A stretch of DNA of 64,000 nt from contig JAYTOU010000064.1 in the NCBI GenBank assembly GCA_043747615.1, forward strand, positions 31,996 to 95,995, read 5' to 3'. Below are positions 55,055-64,000 of the stretch, piece by piece (position 1 is the stretch's first letter; each line of letters starts with the position of its first letter). Made by a program: the position numbers and the translations under genes. The notes beneath the pieces are model-generated. The model searched no databases and was not told the origin of the DNA. It worked only from the letters and a program-made list of their open reading frames with translations. This stretch comes from Myxococcales bacterium. Its GTDB lineage: Bacteria; Myxococcota_A; Polyangia; Polyangiales; Polyangiaceae.

Positions 55055-57142
55055 TCAGTGAGCCGGGTGGCCTTCTTTGGCCTGCGCCGGCGCCGTGCCT
55101 GCTTGGCTGCCTGCCGGATCGGCGAGCGCCTTCTCGATCAGCTTGCGGAACTTCGGAAACGGCTGAGCGCCGTTGATGAAGTAGCCGTTGATGAGGAATG
55201 CCGGCGTCCCGGAAATTCCCGCGTCGTTGCCGGCTTTCGCGTCCGCGTCGACCTCGGCCTTGTGGCTCTGGGTATCGAGCGCCGTCTTCCACTTGTCCAT
55301 GTTGAGGCCAAGCTGCGTGGCGTACTTGTCGAGGGCTTCACGCTTCAAGCCGCCCTCCGTCTTCTGCGCTCCGTAGAGCAGATCGTGCATCTTCCAGAAG
55401 CCGTCGGACCCCTTCTGCTTGTAGGCCTCCATCGAAGCTTGCGCCGCGAGGGGTGCATCGGCGTGCATCGGCAGCGGGAGATTTCGCCACACGAACTTCA
55501 CCTTGTCGCCGTAGTTCTTCATCACTTCGTTCACGGAGTCTTCGGCGCGCGCGCAGTACGGGCACTGAAAGTCGGAGAACTCCTGGATGACGACCTTGGC
55601 GTTCGCGTTGCCGCGCGACGGAGCGTTCGCGAGAAGCGGAACGTTCTTCTTCTCGGGATCGGGAGTGCCTTTGCCATCCTTGATCAACGCATCGTAGAGA
55701 TCGGCTTGCGCGGTGCCCTTGGCGAGTAGTCCCTGGGCGCGGATGATTTCCTCGTCGATGACCTTCTTGAACTTGTCGTACGGCTGCGCGCCTACGAGGC
55801 GGCGTCCGTTGACGAAGAAGTGCGGGGTGCCAGAGGCAGCGAAGTCGTCGGCAACGTCTTGATCGGCGTCGATGTCTTTCTTGTATTTGTGCTCGGTTCG
55901 CGCGGATTTTACCTTGTCCGCGTTGAGCCCCATGTCGGCGGCGATCTTGTCGAGGTCCTCGTTTTCGAGCTTCGGCTGCGAGTCGAAGAGACGATCGTGG
56001 GCTTCCCAGAAACCCTTGTCTCCCTTCTCGGCGCGGGCTTCATTGGTAAGCTCGGCTGCGGGCTCGGCGCGCGGGTGGAACGGAAGCGGCTCGTGCTTCC
56101 ACACCAAGCGAACCTTGTCTCCGTAGTCGGCCTTGACCTTCTTGAGGCTGTCTTCGACCTTCTTGCAGTACGGGCACTGAAAGTCCGAGAACTCGATGAT
56201 CGTGACCAGCGCCTTGTCGCTCCCTTGAATCGGGCTCTTTCCGACGGGCACTTTCCAAACGGTCTTCGTGTCTTCCTTCTCTTCGCCCTCCTCTTCTGCG
56301 GGGGGCGGCGCGGCCTTCTTGTTCTCCGTGGACATGGCCACGTAGACCTTGTCCTTCGGCGTTCCCGCGGCGATCTTCGCCTGGGCCTTTGCGAGCTCCT
56401 GGTCGATGACGGCCTTGAACTTGTCGAAGGGTTGTGCGCCGGAGAGTGAAATGCCGTTGATGAAGAAGGCGGGAGTACCGTTCACGCCTGCGGTCTTCGC
56501 GTCCGCGTGATCCTTCTCAACCTTGTCGGCCCATTTGTGAGCGGCGAGACCGGCCTTGAATTTGGGCATGTCGACGCCGGATTCCGTGGCCCATTTCGCG
56601 TAGCTCTCGTCGCTGAGCGCGCTCTGGTTCTTGAATGCCGTGTCGTGGAATTTCCAGAAAGCGTCGTTGCCCTTGAGCGCAAAGACGCCCTGGGCGGCCT
56701 CGGCTGCAGGCTTGGCGTTGGGGTGGAAGGGGAGCGGCTCGTTCTTCCAGATGACGCGAACCTTGTCCGGACCGTAGGTCTTTTTGACCTGGTCCATCGT
56801 GGTCTCGACCTTGCTGCAGTACGGGCACTGGTAGTCCGAGAACTGGACGATCGTGACGGGAGCCGAGCGGACGCCCCACATCGGGTCTTTGCTGTCGATC
56901 GGAACGGGGGAGTCCTTGTCGCTCCATGTGCCGCCGCTGCTCGAGTCGTCGGCGCTGATGTCTCCGCTTTTCATTCGGTGGGCGTCGTAGCCCCACATGA
57001 GGCCGGCCCCGGCGACACCGCACAGGATGAAGCCGATGATGGCCACGCCCGTGTTCATTCCCGTGTCGTGCCCCTGCCGCTCTTCAAGCTCTCTATGATT
57101 TTGACTGCGCTTCGAGGCGCCGTCCTTCGATTCTTTGGCCAT
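55055..57142 (-). CDS. Membrane-anchored protein with three DsbA-type thioredoxin domains
   Basis: TM near N-terminus; three CPYC motifs with GTP.F..NG. Alternative start at MNTG (~57058). Confidence 0.93.
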   Translation of the reverse strand: MAKESKDGASKRSQNHRELEERQGHDTGMNTGVAIIGFILCGVAGAGLMWGYDAHRMKSGDISADDSSSGGTWSDKDSPVPIDSKDPMWGVRSAPVTIVQFSDYQCPYCSKVETTMDQVKKTYGPDKVRVIWKNEPLPFHPNAKPAAEAAQGVFALKGNDAFWKFHDTAFKNQSALSDESYAKWATESGVDMPKFKAGLAAHKWADKVEKDHADAKTAGVNGTPAFFINGISLSGAQPFDKFKAVIDQELAKAQAKIAAGTPKDKVYVAMSTENKKAAPPPAEEEGEEKEDTKTVWKVPVGKSPIQGSDKALVTIIEFSDFQCPYCKKVEDSLKKVKADYGDKVRLVWKHEPLPFHPRAEPAAELTNEARAEKGDKGFWEAHDRLFDSQPKLENEDLDKIAADMGLNADKVKSARTEHKYKKDIDADQDVADDFAASGTPHFFVNGRRLVGAQPYDKFKKVIDEEIIRAQGLLAKGTAQADLYDALIKDGKGTPDPEKKNVPLLANAPSRGNANAKVVIQEFSDFQCPYCARAEDSVNEVMKNYGDKVKFVWRNLPLPMHADAPLAAQASMEAYKQKGSDGFWKMHDLLYGAQKTEGGLKREALDKYATQLGLNMDKWKTALDTQSHKAEVDADAKAGNDAGISGTPAFLINGYFINGAQPFPKFRKLIEKALADPAGSQAGTAPAQAKEGHPAH

Positions 57143-57298
57143 GATGAATCCACCTTTTTTCGGGAACTGTCGTTGATAACAAATTCGTGGGTGAGAGATT
57201 CCGCCCGACCGTGAATGCGGGGCAGATCTCTCGGTTTGGCTCTGAGCGCGCCCCTTGACGGGGAGCGGGACGGAGAGCTGGGTGACGGAGCCGCTACG

Positions 57299-57715
57299 TT
57301 ATCGGGGTGGACGCTCGAGCGAAAAGCGCACGCCCGTGAGCGGCCGCCCTTGCGGAGGCTCCGCGCAATCGGTGCGTGTGCTTGGAGCGTCCAAATTCAT
57401 AGGACCGCCGGCAAGCACCGTCTGCGCGAGTTCCTGTCCTGCATCCGGCGAGGAGGAGCGTTGGTCGAGGGCGTCGGCGAGCCAGGAGTCGCCGCACTCG
57501 GGGGCGGCGTCGCCGATGTCGATCGACGTGCTCGGAGCTTGGAGTGTGGGCGCGGGAGCGAAGGTCGTGGCGCCGCGGGTGTCGCACTGCGGAGCCGCTG
57601 CACGCGCGGGGGTGGCGAGCAGCCACACGAAGAGCATGCAGATCAACGCGCTCAAACGCCGCGCAGTGTTCAACGCGCTCAAACGCCGCGCAGGCTGGGG
57701 AATCTTCCCTCGCAT
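57299..57715 (-). CDS. Secreted low-complexity protein ending in ERPPR (candidate leader/arrest peptide)
   Basis: ATG 5 nt after the PAP2 stop; Sec-type signal ending PARA; 3 Cys in the mature part; C-terminus RFSLERPPR. Confidence 0.68.
   Translation of the reverse strand: MRGKIPQPARRLSALNTARRLSALICMLFVWLLATPARAAAPQCDTRGATTFAPAPTLQAPSTSIDIGDAAPECGDSWLADALDQRSSSPDAGQELAQTVLAGGPMNLDAPSTRTDCAEPPQGRPLTGVRFSLERPPR
57643..57693. repeat. Perfect 24-nt tandem repeat, 27-nt period
   Basis: TCAACGCGCTCAAACGCCGCGCAG at 57643-57666 and 57670-57693; duplicates ARRLSAL in frame. Confidence 0.95.
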
Positions 57716-57720
57716 TGGAC

Positions 57721-58287
57721 CTACTTTGTATCGCGTGGGTCGTCAGAAGCAAGTCTGCGCACATGCCTCCGCGCGCCGAGAGTTCCCAGCGTCCCCCCGA
57801 GGACTGCGCCCGCGAGCACGTCGCCGGGGAAATGCGCTCCCAGATAAATGCGGGAATACGAGATGGCGCACGCCAGCAAGAGTACGAACACGCTCACCGC
57901 GGAGCAGAGGCGGGCCCGGGTGGGCTCCATCTGCCCCTGGCGCACGAGGAGCACGGTGACGAAGAGCGCGAAGGCGAAGCTGCCGGACGCGTGACCGCTC
58001 GGGAACGAGTAGTCGTCCGGGCTTCCGAAGAGCCCGTGCACCCTTTCGAGCGAGTGGCAGGGGCGAGGTCGTCGGACAATCAGCTTGAGGACGAAGACCA
58101 CGATCGCAGTGACCACGAACGTCGAAAGCAGCGACGCCGCGAACCTCTTCGTCGCCGGGATGAAATAGAGCGGCACGAGCGCGAACATCATCCAGCCGCT
58201 TCCGAGGACCGTGAGCGCCATCATCACGGCCAGCATGGTGGGACTGCCGTTCAGGCCATAGCACTGCCGAAAAGCGTCTTCGTCCAC
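57721..58287 (-). CDS. PAP2-family membrane phosphatase (undecaprenyl-diphosphatase-like)
   Basis: KLIVRRPRP, SFPSGH, SRIYLGAHFPGDV. Confidence 0.92.
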   Translation of the reverse strand: MDEDAFRQCYGLNGSPTMLAVMMALTVLGSGWMMFALVPLYFIPATKRFAASLLSTFVVTAIVVFVLKLIVRRPRPCHSLERVHGLFGSPDDYSFPSGHASGSFAFALFVTVLLVRQGQMEPTRARLCSAVSVFVLLLACAISYSRIYLGAHFPGDVLAGAVLGGTLGTLGARRHVRRLASDDPRDTK

Positions 58288-58288
58288 G

Positions 58289-59068
58289 TCAGGGCCGCGT
58301 GCGGGCGATCCCCAGCGCGATGAGATTGGCGAGAAGATCCGTCCCAGGCTCGGTAGACGCTGCGAAACCACTTCCGCCCGCGCCCACGCTCACGATCTGT
58401 CCGCTCGCCTTTCGAGCCGAAACGAGGCGCTCGTCGTAAACGGCATGCGGCGCGCGCGCTCGCAAGAGCTCGATCGTGGCTCGAAAATTTTCGATCTGGG
58501 TGGGCGCGCGCTTCTCGGCGAGCGACGAGTAGTCGGTGCCCGCTTCCCGCAAAATCCAAGGCTCGCCATCGTTTCGAAAGATGTAGAGCACCTGCATGCG
58601 CTCCTCTTTTTGAGCGACGATTTCGCGGGTGATGGTCTTGGTCATGACCAGACCACCGGTGATGAGCGCAGCGGCCGGGCGGAATTTTTTCTCTTCGACC
58701 TGGGAGCGCGTCTCGCTCTGGAGGCGATGCGTCGCCCGCACCAGCGCGAGGATGCTCGGGTACGGGAGCACCACCCCCTTGGAGGCGATGATGCCGTCCC
58801 CATCGAGACGAAAGCGCTTGAGCGAGGTCATGGCGCTGTTCGGGACGATCGCATTCGCGTCGCAGGCGATGGCCTCGTGACCACGGGCGCGCAAATTCGT
58901 GAGGCACTGCATGGCGAGGGCTTTGTCTTGGCTGGTGAGGACGATCGCCGGCATTCCAGTCGAGAGCTTGAGGCGCGCTTCGTACGCCGTGATTCCGAGA
59001 TCCGCTGCGAGCGCGGTCGCCTCTTGCTCGACCGTCGTATTCAGCTCGGCAATCGCGACGGCGTACAC
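58289..59068 (-). CDS. Hypothetical protein
   Basis: GTG start VYAVAIAEL; TGGLVMTK; ends 1 nt before the PAP2 start. Start approximate. Confidence 0.7.
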   Translation of the reverse strand: MYAVAIAELNTTVEQEATALAADLGITAYEARLKLSTGMPAIVLTSQDKALAMQCLTNLRARGHEAIACDANAIVPNSAMTSLKRFRLDGDGIIASKGVVLPYPSILALVRATHRLQSETRSQVEEKKFRPAAALITGGLVMTKTITREIVAQKEERMQVLYIFRNDGEPWILREAGTDYSSLAEKRAPTQIENFRATIELLRARAPHAVYDERLVSARKASGQIVSVGAGGSGFAASTEPGTDLLANLIALGIARTRP

Positions 59069-59436
59069 GTGCCTCAGCCTACCATTCTTGCCGTCAGCCC
59101 GAACAAAAGGCTTGAGCGTGGCTCTCTGCTGCGCGTGCGATTGAGCCGATGGAATTTCCGCCGCTACCCCCACACCGCAAAACGCGCAGTTATGACACAA
59201 TTGGGGCGCACGCGGTCGACGCCCACGGTTGACGTAGCGTTTTGCCTCATGTCACGCCTGTACACGGCGCGTCCTAGTTCTAAGCCACTGAAATCGTTCG
59301 ACTACATCGTTGGCGCGGTAGCTGCTCTTGGCAGAGCTACGAGGGCGCGGGCCTTTTGGACCAAAGCAGGCGACGTCGCCGTCCACCTGCAATCGGTCCG
59401 ACGCACCTCGGTCCCCCCAATTCAGGAGAATGCGCC

Positions 59437-59751
59437 ATGATGCAGAAGGAAAACGAGAGCCCCGAGACGCAGTCCCCCGCGACCCAGACGCACTCGCCCG
59501 CCACCCAGGAGACCCCTCGGACGAGTCAGTCCGGTGAGAATATGGAGCCTGGGGAGCCTGCGCGCCGCCGCCGTGGATTCGCTGCCATGGACCCGAAGCT
59601 CGTGAGTTTGCTGGCGAGCCGCGGTGGCAAAGCTGCCCAGCGTGCGGGTACCGCCCACAGGTTCAACACCGAAGAAGCGCGCGTCGCAGGGCGCAAGGGC
59701 GGTCAGGCCACGGGCGCGAAGCGTCGGGCCAAGGCTTCGAACTCCAACTGA
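59437..59751 (+). CDS. KGG-domain general stress protein (YciG/Con-10-like)
   Basis: AGGAG RBS; RRGFAAMDP...ASRGGKAA..GTAHRFNTEEARVAGRKGG. Confidence 0.9.
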   Translation: MMQKENESPETQSPATQTHSPATQETPRTSQSGENMEPGEPARRRRGFAAMDPKLVSLLASRGGKAAQRAGTAHRFNTEEARVAGRKGGQATGAKRRAKASNSN

Positions 59752-59895
59752 GTTGCATCCGGACACGCTCGAGGGGCGAGCGTGTTTGGCGTTTGACGCT
59801 CGATTCGGCAGGGTATCGTCCTCTGAAACTCCACATGGCTGGCGCTCAGCCCTAAGTCCCGGTAGTTCGGGTCTCGGGGGTCACGAGAGGGTGCC

Positions 59896-61284
59896 ATGGC
59901 CGGAGTGCGGATCGAATCGGACAGCATGGGGACCATCGAAGTCCCCGCGAACCGCTATTGGGGCGCGCAAACGCAGCGCTCCCTCCAAAACTTCAAGATT
60001 GGCGGACACCGCTTCTCGGCCGCAGTCATTCGAGCCTTCGGGATCGTAAAAAAGGGTGCGGCGCTCGCCAACTTCAAGCTGAAGAAGCTGGACGAGGTGA
60101 AGACCTCCCTCATTACGCGCGCCGCAGATGAGGTCATCGCTGGAAAGCTCGACGACCACTTCCCGCTCGTCGTTTGGCAGACGGGCAGCGGCACGCAGTC
60201 GAACATGAACGCCAACGAGGTGATCTCGAACCGTGCGATCGAGCTCGCAGGGGGCGAGATGGGCTCGAAGAAGCCGATCCACCCGAACGACGACGTGAAC
60301 AAGTCACAATCGTCGAACGACGTCTTCCCGACGGTCATGCACGTCGCTGCGGCGATGGAGATCCAGCAGAGCCTTGTGCCCGCAGTGCAAAAGCTCAGGG
60401 CCACGCTCGAGGCCAAGTCCAAGAAGTTTTCCGACATCGTGAAGATCGGGCGGACCCACTTGATGGACGCTACGCCGCTCACGCTCGGTCAGGAAATTTC
60501 GGGCTACGCCGCGCAGCTCGAGTTCGCCGAAGCGCGCCTCACCCAGTCACTCGACGGGCTCCACGAGCTCGCGCTCGGTGGCAGCGCGGTCGGCACCGGG
60601 CTCAACACGCACCCCGATTACGCGCGGGTGGTGGCCGAAGAGATCGCCACGCTCACCGGGCTTCCGTTCCGCACCGCGCCAAATAAATTCGCGGCGCTCG
60701 CCGCACACGACGCCATCGTCGCCGCCAGCGGGGCAACGCGAAATCTAGCTGTATCCTGCATGAAAATCGCGAACGACGTGCGCCTCCTGGCAAGCGGACC
60801 TCGCTGCGGCTTCGGAGAAATTCGCATTCCGGAGAACGAGCCGGGCAGCTCGATCATGCCGGGGAAGGTGAACCCCACGCAGTGCGAAGCGCTGACGATG
60901 GTGGCCGTGCAGGTGATGGGAAACGATCAAGCGGTGGCGATCGCCGGAAGCCAGGGGCACCTCGAGCTCAACGTCTTCAAGCCGGTGATGATTCACAATC
61001 TGCTCGAGTCGGTGCGCCTCCTCGCCGACGCCTGCCACAGCTTCAACGACAACTGCGCGATCGGCATCGAGCCCAACCGCGAGGTGATTGCAAAGCATCT
61101 GCAGAACTCGCTCATGCTCGTCACCGCGCTCAACCAATTCATCGGCTACGACAACGCCGCAAAGGTCGCCAAGACGGCGTTCGAGAAGAACATCACGCTC
61201 CGCGAAGCCGTGGTCGAGCTGAGTTTGATGACGGGCGCTGAGTTCGACGACAAAGTGCACCCCGAAAAAATGGTTTCGCCTTAA
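59896..61284 (+). CDS. fumC: Class II fumarate hydratase
   Basis: [47 protein letters not shown]. Confidence 0.98.
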   Translation: MAGVRIESDSMGTIEVPANRYWGAQTQRSLQNFKIGGHRFSAAVIRAFGIVKKGAALANFKLKKLDEVKTSLITRAADEVIAGKLDDHFPLVVWQTGSGTQSNMNANEVISNRAIELAGGEMGSKKPIHPNDDVNKSQSSNDVFPTVMHVAAAMEIQQSLVPAVQKLRATLEAKSKKFSDIVKIGRTHLMDATPLTLGQEISGYAAQLEFAEARLTQSLDGLHELALGGSAVGTGLNTHPDYARVVAEEIATLTGLPFRTAPNKFAALAAHDAIVAASGATRNLAVSCMKIANDVRLLASGPRCGFGEIRIPENEPGSSIMPGKVNPTQCEALTMVAVQVMGNDQAVAIAGSQGHLELNVFKPVMIHNLLESVRLLADACHSFNDNCAIGIEPNREVIAKHLQNSLMLVTALNQFIGYDNAAKVAKTAFEKNITLREAVVELSLMTGAEFDDKVHPEKMVSP

Positions 61285-61311
61285 CGTCCCGCCCAAAAGG
61301 AACTTACGAAG

Positions 61312-64000
61312 ATGGCTAATACGTTCGGCACCGAGGCAACGCTCAAAGTAGGCGACAGCGCGTACACGATTCATCGCCTGGAGACGCTTGCGAAAGCCAT
61401 CCCGAGCGCGGAGACGCTCCCCTACTCGCTGAAGATCCTTCTCGAGAACTTGTTACGCACCGAGAACGGCGCCTCTGTCGGCGCGAAAGACATCGAAGCG
61501 ATTGCGACGTGGAAACCGAAGGCCGAGCCCGACCAGGAAATCGCCTTCACCCCCAGCCGCGTTCTTCTCCAGGATTTTACCGGCGTTCCCGCCATAGTCG
61601 ATCTCGCCGCCATGCGCGACGCGATGAAGCGCATGGGCGGAGATCCGAAGCGCATCAACCCGCTCCAGGCCGTCGAGCTGGTCATCGATCACTCCGTGCA
61701 GGTCGACTCGTACGGAACGAACGCTGCGCTCTCGCACAACGCCGAGCTCGAGTTCGAGCGCAACTCGGAGCGCTACCAGTTTCTCCGATGGGGACAGAAA
61801 GCGTTCCAAAATTTCCGCGTCGTGCCGCCGGACACCGGGATCGTTCACCAGGTGAACCTCGAGTACCTCGCGCGCGTCGTCTATACGGAGAACGACATCG
61901 AAGGGGCGGCGAAAAAAGATCGTCCGCTCGCGTACCCGGACACGCTCGTCGGAACCGACTCGCACACCACGATGATCAACGGGCTCGGCGTGCTCGGTTG
62001 GGGCGTAGGAGGAATCGAAGCGGAAGCCGCGATGCTTGGTCAGCCCGTTAGCATGCTCATTCCGCAGGTGGTGGGCTTCAAGCTTCATGGCACGCTCGCA
62101 GAAGGTGCCACCGCGACGGACCTCGTGCTCACCGTCACCCAGATGCTGCGCCGAAAAGGAGTGGTCGGGAAGTTCGTTGAGTTCTTCGGCGAAGGGCTGG
62201 CTGCGCTCTCGCTCGCCGATCGCGCGACCATCGCCAACATGGCCCCCGAGTACGGGGCGACGTGCGGCATTTTTCCGATCGACGCGGAGACGCTGCGCTA
62301 CCTGCGTTTGAGCGGGAGGCCGGAGAGCTTAATTCGCCTGGTGGAGGCGTACACGAAAGAGCAGGGGCTCTTTCACACCAAAGACACGAAGGAAGCGCGC
62401 TACACCGACACCGTCGAGCTCGATCTGCGCGAAGTGGAAGCGAGCCTCGCCGGGCCGACGCGCCCGCAGGATCGCGTGCGTCTCGGAGACGTGAAAAAGT
62501 CATTCGCCGATGCCTTCGCGGTGATGATGTCTAAGTCCTCTCCCAAGGCTCCGCCTCTCGCGGTCGCGCGCTTGACGGCCGAGGGTGGAAGCCAGACGGC
62601 AGTTGGCGCCGAAGCTTCCACTGCCCAACACAATCCGATCATGCCGAGGAAGATCCAGATGATCCTGGAGGATGGGACGCACGAGCTCCATCACGGCGCG
62701 GTGGTGATTGCCGCCATCACCAGCTGCACGAACACTTCGAATCCCTCCGTCATGCTCGGCGCGGGAATCTTGGCTAAAAAAGCCGTGGAACGCGGGCTGA
62801 CCGTGAAGCCGTGGGTGAAGACCAGCCTCGCCCCCGGCTCGAAGGTCGTCACCGATTACCTCACGCGCGCAGGTGTGCTCACCTACCTCGAGAAGCTGCG
62901 CTTCAATCTCGTCGGCTACGGGTGCACGACCTGCATCGGCAACAGCGGCCCGCTGCCGCAAGCTGTCTCCGAGGCCATCGAAGACGGCAACCTCATGGTC
63001 GCTGCGGTGCTCAGCGGCAATCGCAATTTCGAGGGGCGGGTGCATCCGGAGGTGCGCGCGAACTACCTCGCGTCACCGCCGCTCGTCGTCGCGTACGCGC
63101 TCGCCGGTCGAATGGACATCGACCTCACGAGGGATCCGCTCGGTTACGATCCCGCCGGAGAGCCAGTGTTCTTGAAGGACATCTGGCCCACCCAAGAAGA
63201 GATCCGCGACGCGGTCGGAGCCTCCGTGAAGTCCGAGGCGTTTCGCGAAATTTACGGTGAGGTGTTCAAGGGCAGCCCACGCTGGATAAATCTCTCCATT
63301 CCGGAAGGGGATCTCTACAGCTGGGAAGAGAGCTCGACGTACGTGAAGCATCCGCCTTACTTCGAGGACATGACCCGTCAGCCTGGCCCCGTCGTGGACA
63401 TCACGGGTGCGCGCGCTCTCGCGGTCCTCGGAGACAGCATCACCACCGACCACATCTCGCCCGCCGGCAGCTTCAAAGACACCACACCGGCCGGCAAGTA
63501 CCTGCTTGAGAAGGGCGTGCTGAAGGCCGACTTCAACAGCTACGGTGCGCGCCGCGGCAACCACGAGGTGATGATGCGCGGCACATTCGCCAATATCCGC
63601 ATCAGGAATGAAATGCTTGATGGGGTTGAGGGCGGCTTCACGCTTGGGCCAGATGGCTTTCAGACCAGCATCTTCGATGCGTCGATGGCATATCAGGCGG
63701 TGGGTGTGCCGTTGGTAATCTTTGGCGGCATTGAATATGGCGCGGGATCGTCGCGTGATTGGGCGGCAAAAGGCACGGCTTTGCTGGGCGTGAAGGCGGT
63801 GATTGCGGAAAGTTTCGAGCGTATTCACCGATCAAACCTTGTTGGCATGGGGGTTATTCCGTTTGAATTCACCGGCGGCGATACCCGCAAATCACTGGGC
63901 CTGAAGGGTGATGAGGTGGTGGCCATTCACGGGCTGGCGGGCGAATTGAAGCCGCTGTCGACGGTGCCTTGCGTGATCACCTCAGCCGATGGCACCAGCC
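61312..64000 (+). CDS. acnA: Aconitate hydratase A (runs off the window end; absent from the ORF track because no stop is reached)
   Basis: Read directly from ATG 61312: [74 protein letters not shown]. Confidence 0.97.
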   Translation, partial: MANTFGTEATLKVGDSAYTIHRLETLAKAIPSAETLPYSLKILLENLLRTENGASVGAKDIEAIATWKPKAEPDQEIAFTPSRVLLQDFTGVPAIVDLAAMRDAMKRMGGDPKRINPLQAVELVIDHSVQVDSYGTNAALSHNAELEFERNSERYQFLRWGQKAFQNFRVVPPDTGIVHQVNLEYLARVVYTENDIEGAAKKDRPLAYPDTLVGTDSHTTMINGLGVLGWGVGGIEAEAAMLGQPVSMLIPQVVGFKLHGTLAEGATATDLVLTVTQMLRRKGVVGKFVEFFGEGLAALSLADRATIANMAPEYGATCGIFPIDAETLRYLRLSGRPESLIRLVEAYTKEQGLFHTKDTKEARYTDTVELDLREVEASLAGPTRPQDRVRLGDVKKSFADAFAVMMSKSSPKAPPLAVARLTAEGGSQTAVGAEASTAQHNPIMPRKIQMILEDGTHELHHGAVVIAAITSCTNTSNPSVMLGAGILAKKAVERGLTVKPWVKTSLAPGSKVVTDYLTRAGVLTYLEKLRFNLVGYGCTTCIGNSGPLPQAVSEAIEDGNLMVAAVLSGNRNFEGRVHPEVRANYLASPPLVVAYALAGRMDIDLTRDPLGYDPAGEPVFLKDIWPTQEEIRDAVGASVKSEAFREIYGEVFKGSPRWINLSIPEGDLYSWEESSTYVKHPPYFEDMTRQPGPVVDITGARALAVLGDSITTDHISPAGSFKDTTPAGKYLLEKGVLKADFNSYGARRGNHEVMMRGTFANIRIRNEMLDGVEGGFTLGPDGFQTSIFDASMAYQAVGVPLVIFGGIEYGAGSSRDWAAKGTALLGVKAVIAESFERIHRSNLVGMGVIPFEFTGGDTRKSLGLKGDEVVAIHGLAGELKPLSTVPCVITSADGTS

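Noticed and set aside
53008..57142. Repeated DNA segments in the DsbA region as a non-coding repeat family
   Set aside because: Explained by six homologous thioredoxin domains.
59452..59525. SPxTQ micro-repeats at the N-terminus of the KGG protein
   Set aside because: Short, degenerate low-complexity linker with no evidence of separate function.
1..64000. CRISPR array, IS elements, prophage or defence systems
   Set aside because: No repeat-spacer series or transposase, integrase, phage or cas motifs seen. The short repeats found have only two copies and are coding.

Overview
A 64 kb stretch of high-GC, gene-dense chromosome whose gene content suggests a myxobacterium (Myxococcota, Polyangiaceae-like): many lipoproteins, a Hanks-type kinase, a type IVa pilin, an FGE-domain protein and a sigma54 activator. 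The taxonomy is an inference. It holds about 60 CDSs and one tRNA-Ala(CGC); I saw no CRISPR array, IS, integrase or prophage gene. Housekeeping genes are fhs (partial), nadD, ccmB, gltX, cydAB, lysC, fumC and acnA (partial). Accessory blocks are a nuclease/ligase/PrimPol repair trio, an MBOAT plus 2xSGNH O-acylation cluster, a DUF4331 pair plus TPR lipoprotein, an orphan FliO/FliP(SctR) pair and two triple-DsbA paralogs. Best candidates for undescribed biology: (1) a coupled operon of TPR-sigma54 activator, small lipoprotein with a twice-repeated GGPNEPDPSPW core, and membrane GAF histidine kinase, which may be a peptide-signalling system; (2) a secreted Cys-containing ORF ending in ERPPR-stop just upstream of the triple-DsbA genes, which may be a ribosome-arrest leader; (3) a perfect CpxR-type box upstream of a Spy/CpxP-like gene. 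The last ~550 nt of acnA switch codon usage abruptly, suggesting an assembly chimera or a mosaic gene. All family assignments come from motif recognition by eye; no database searches were run.
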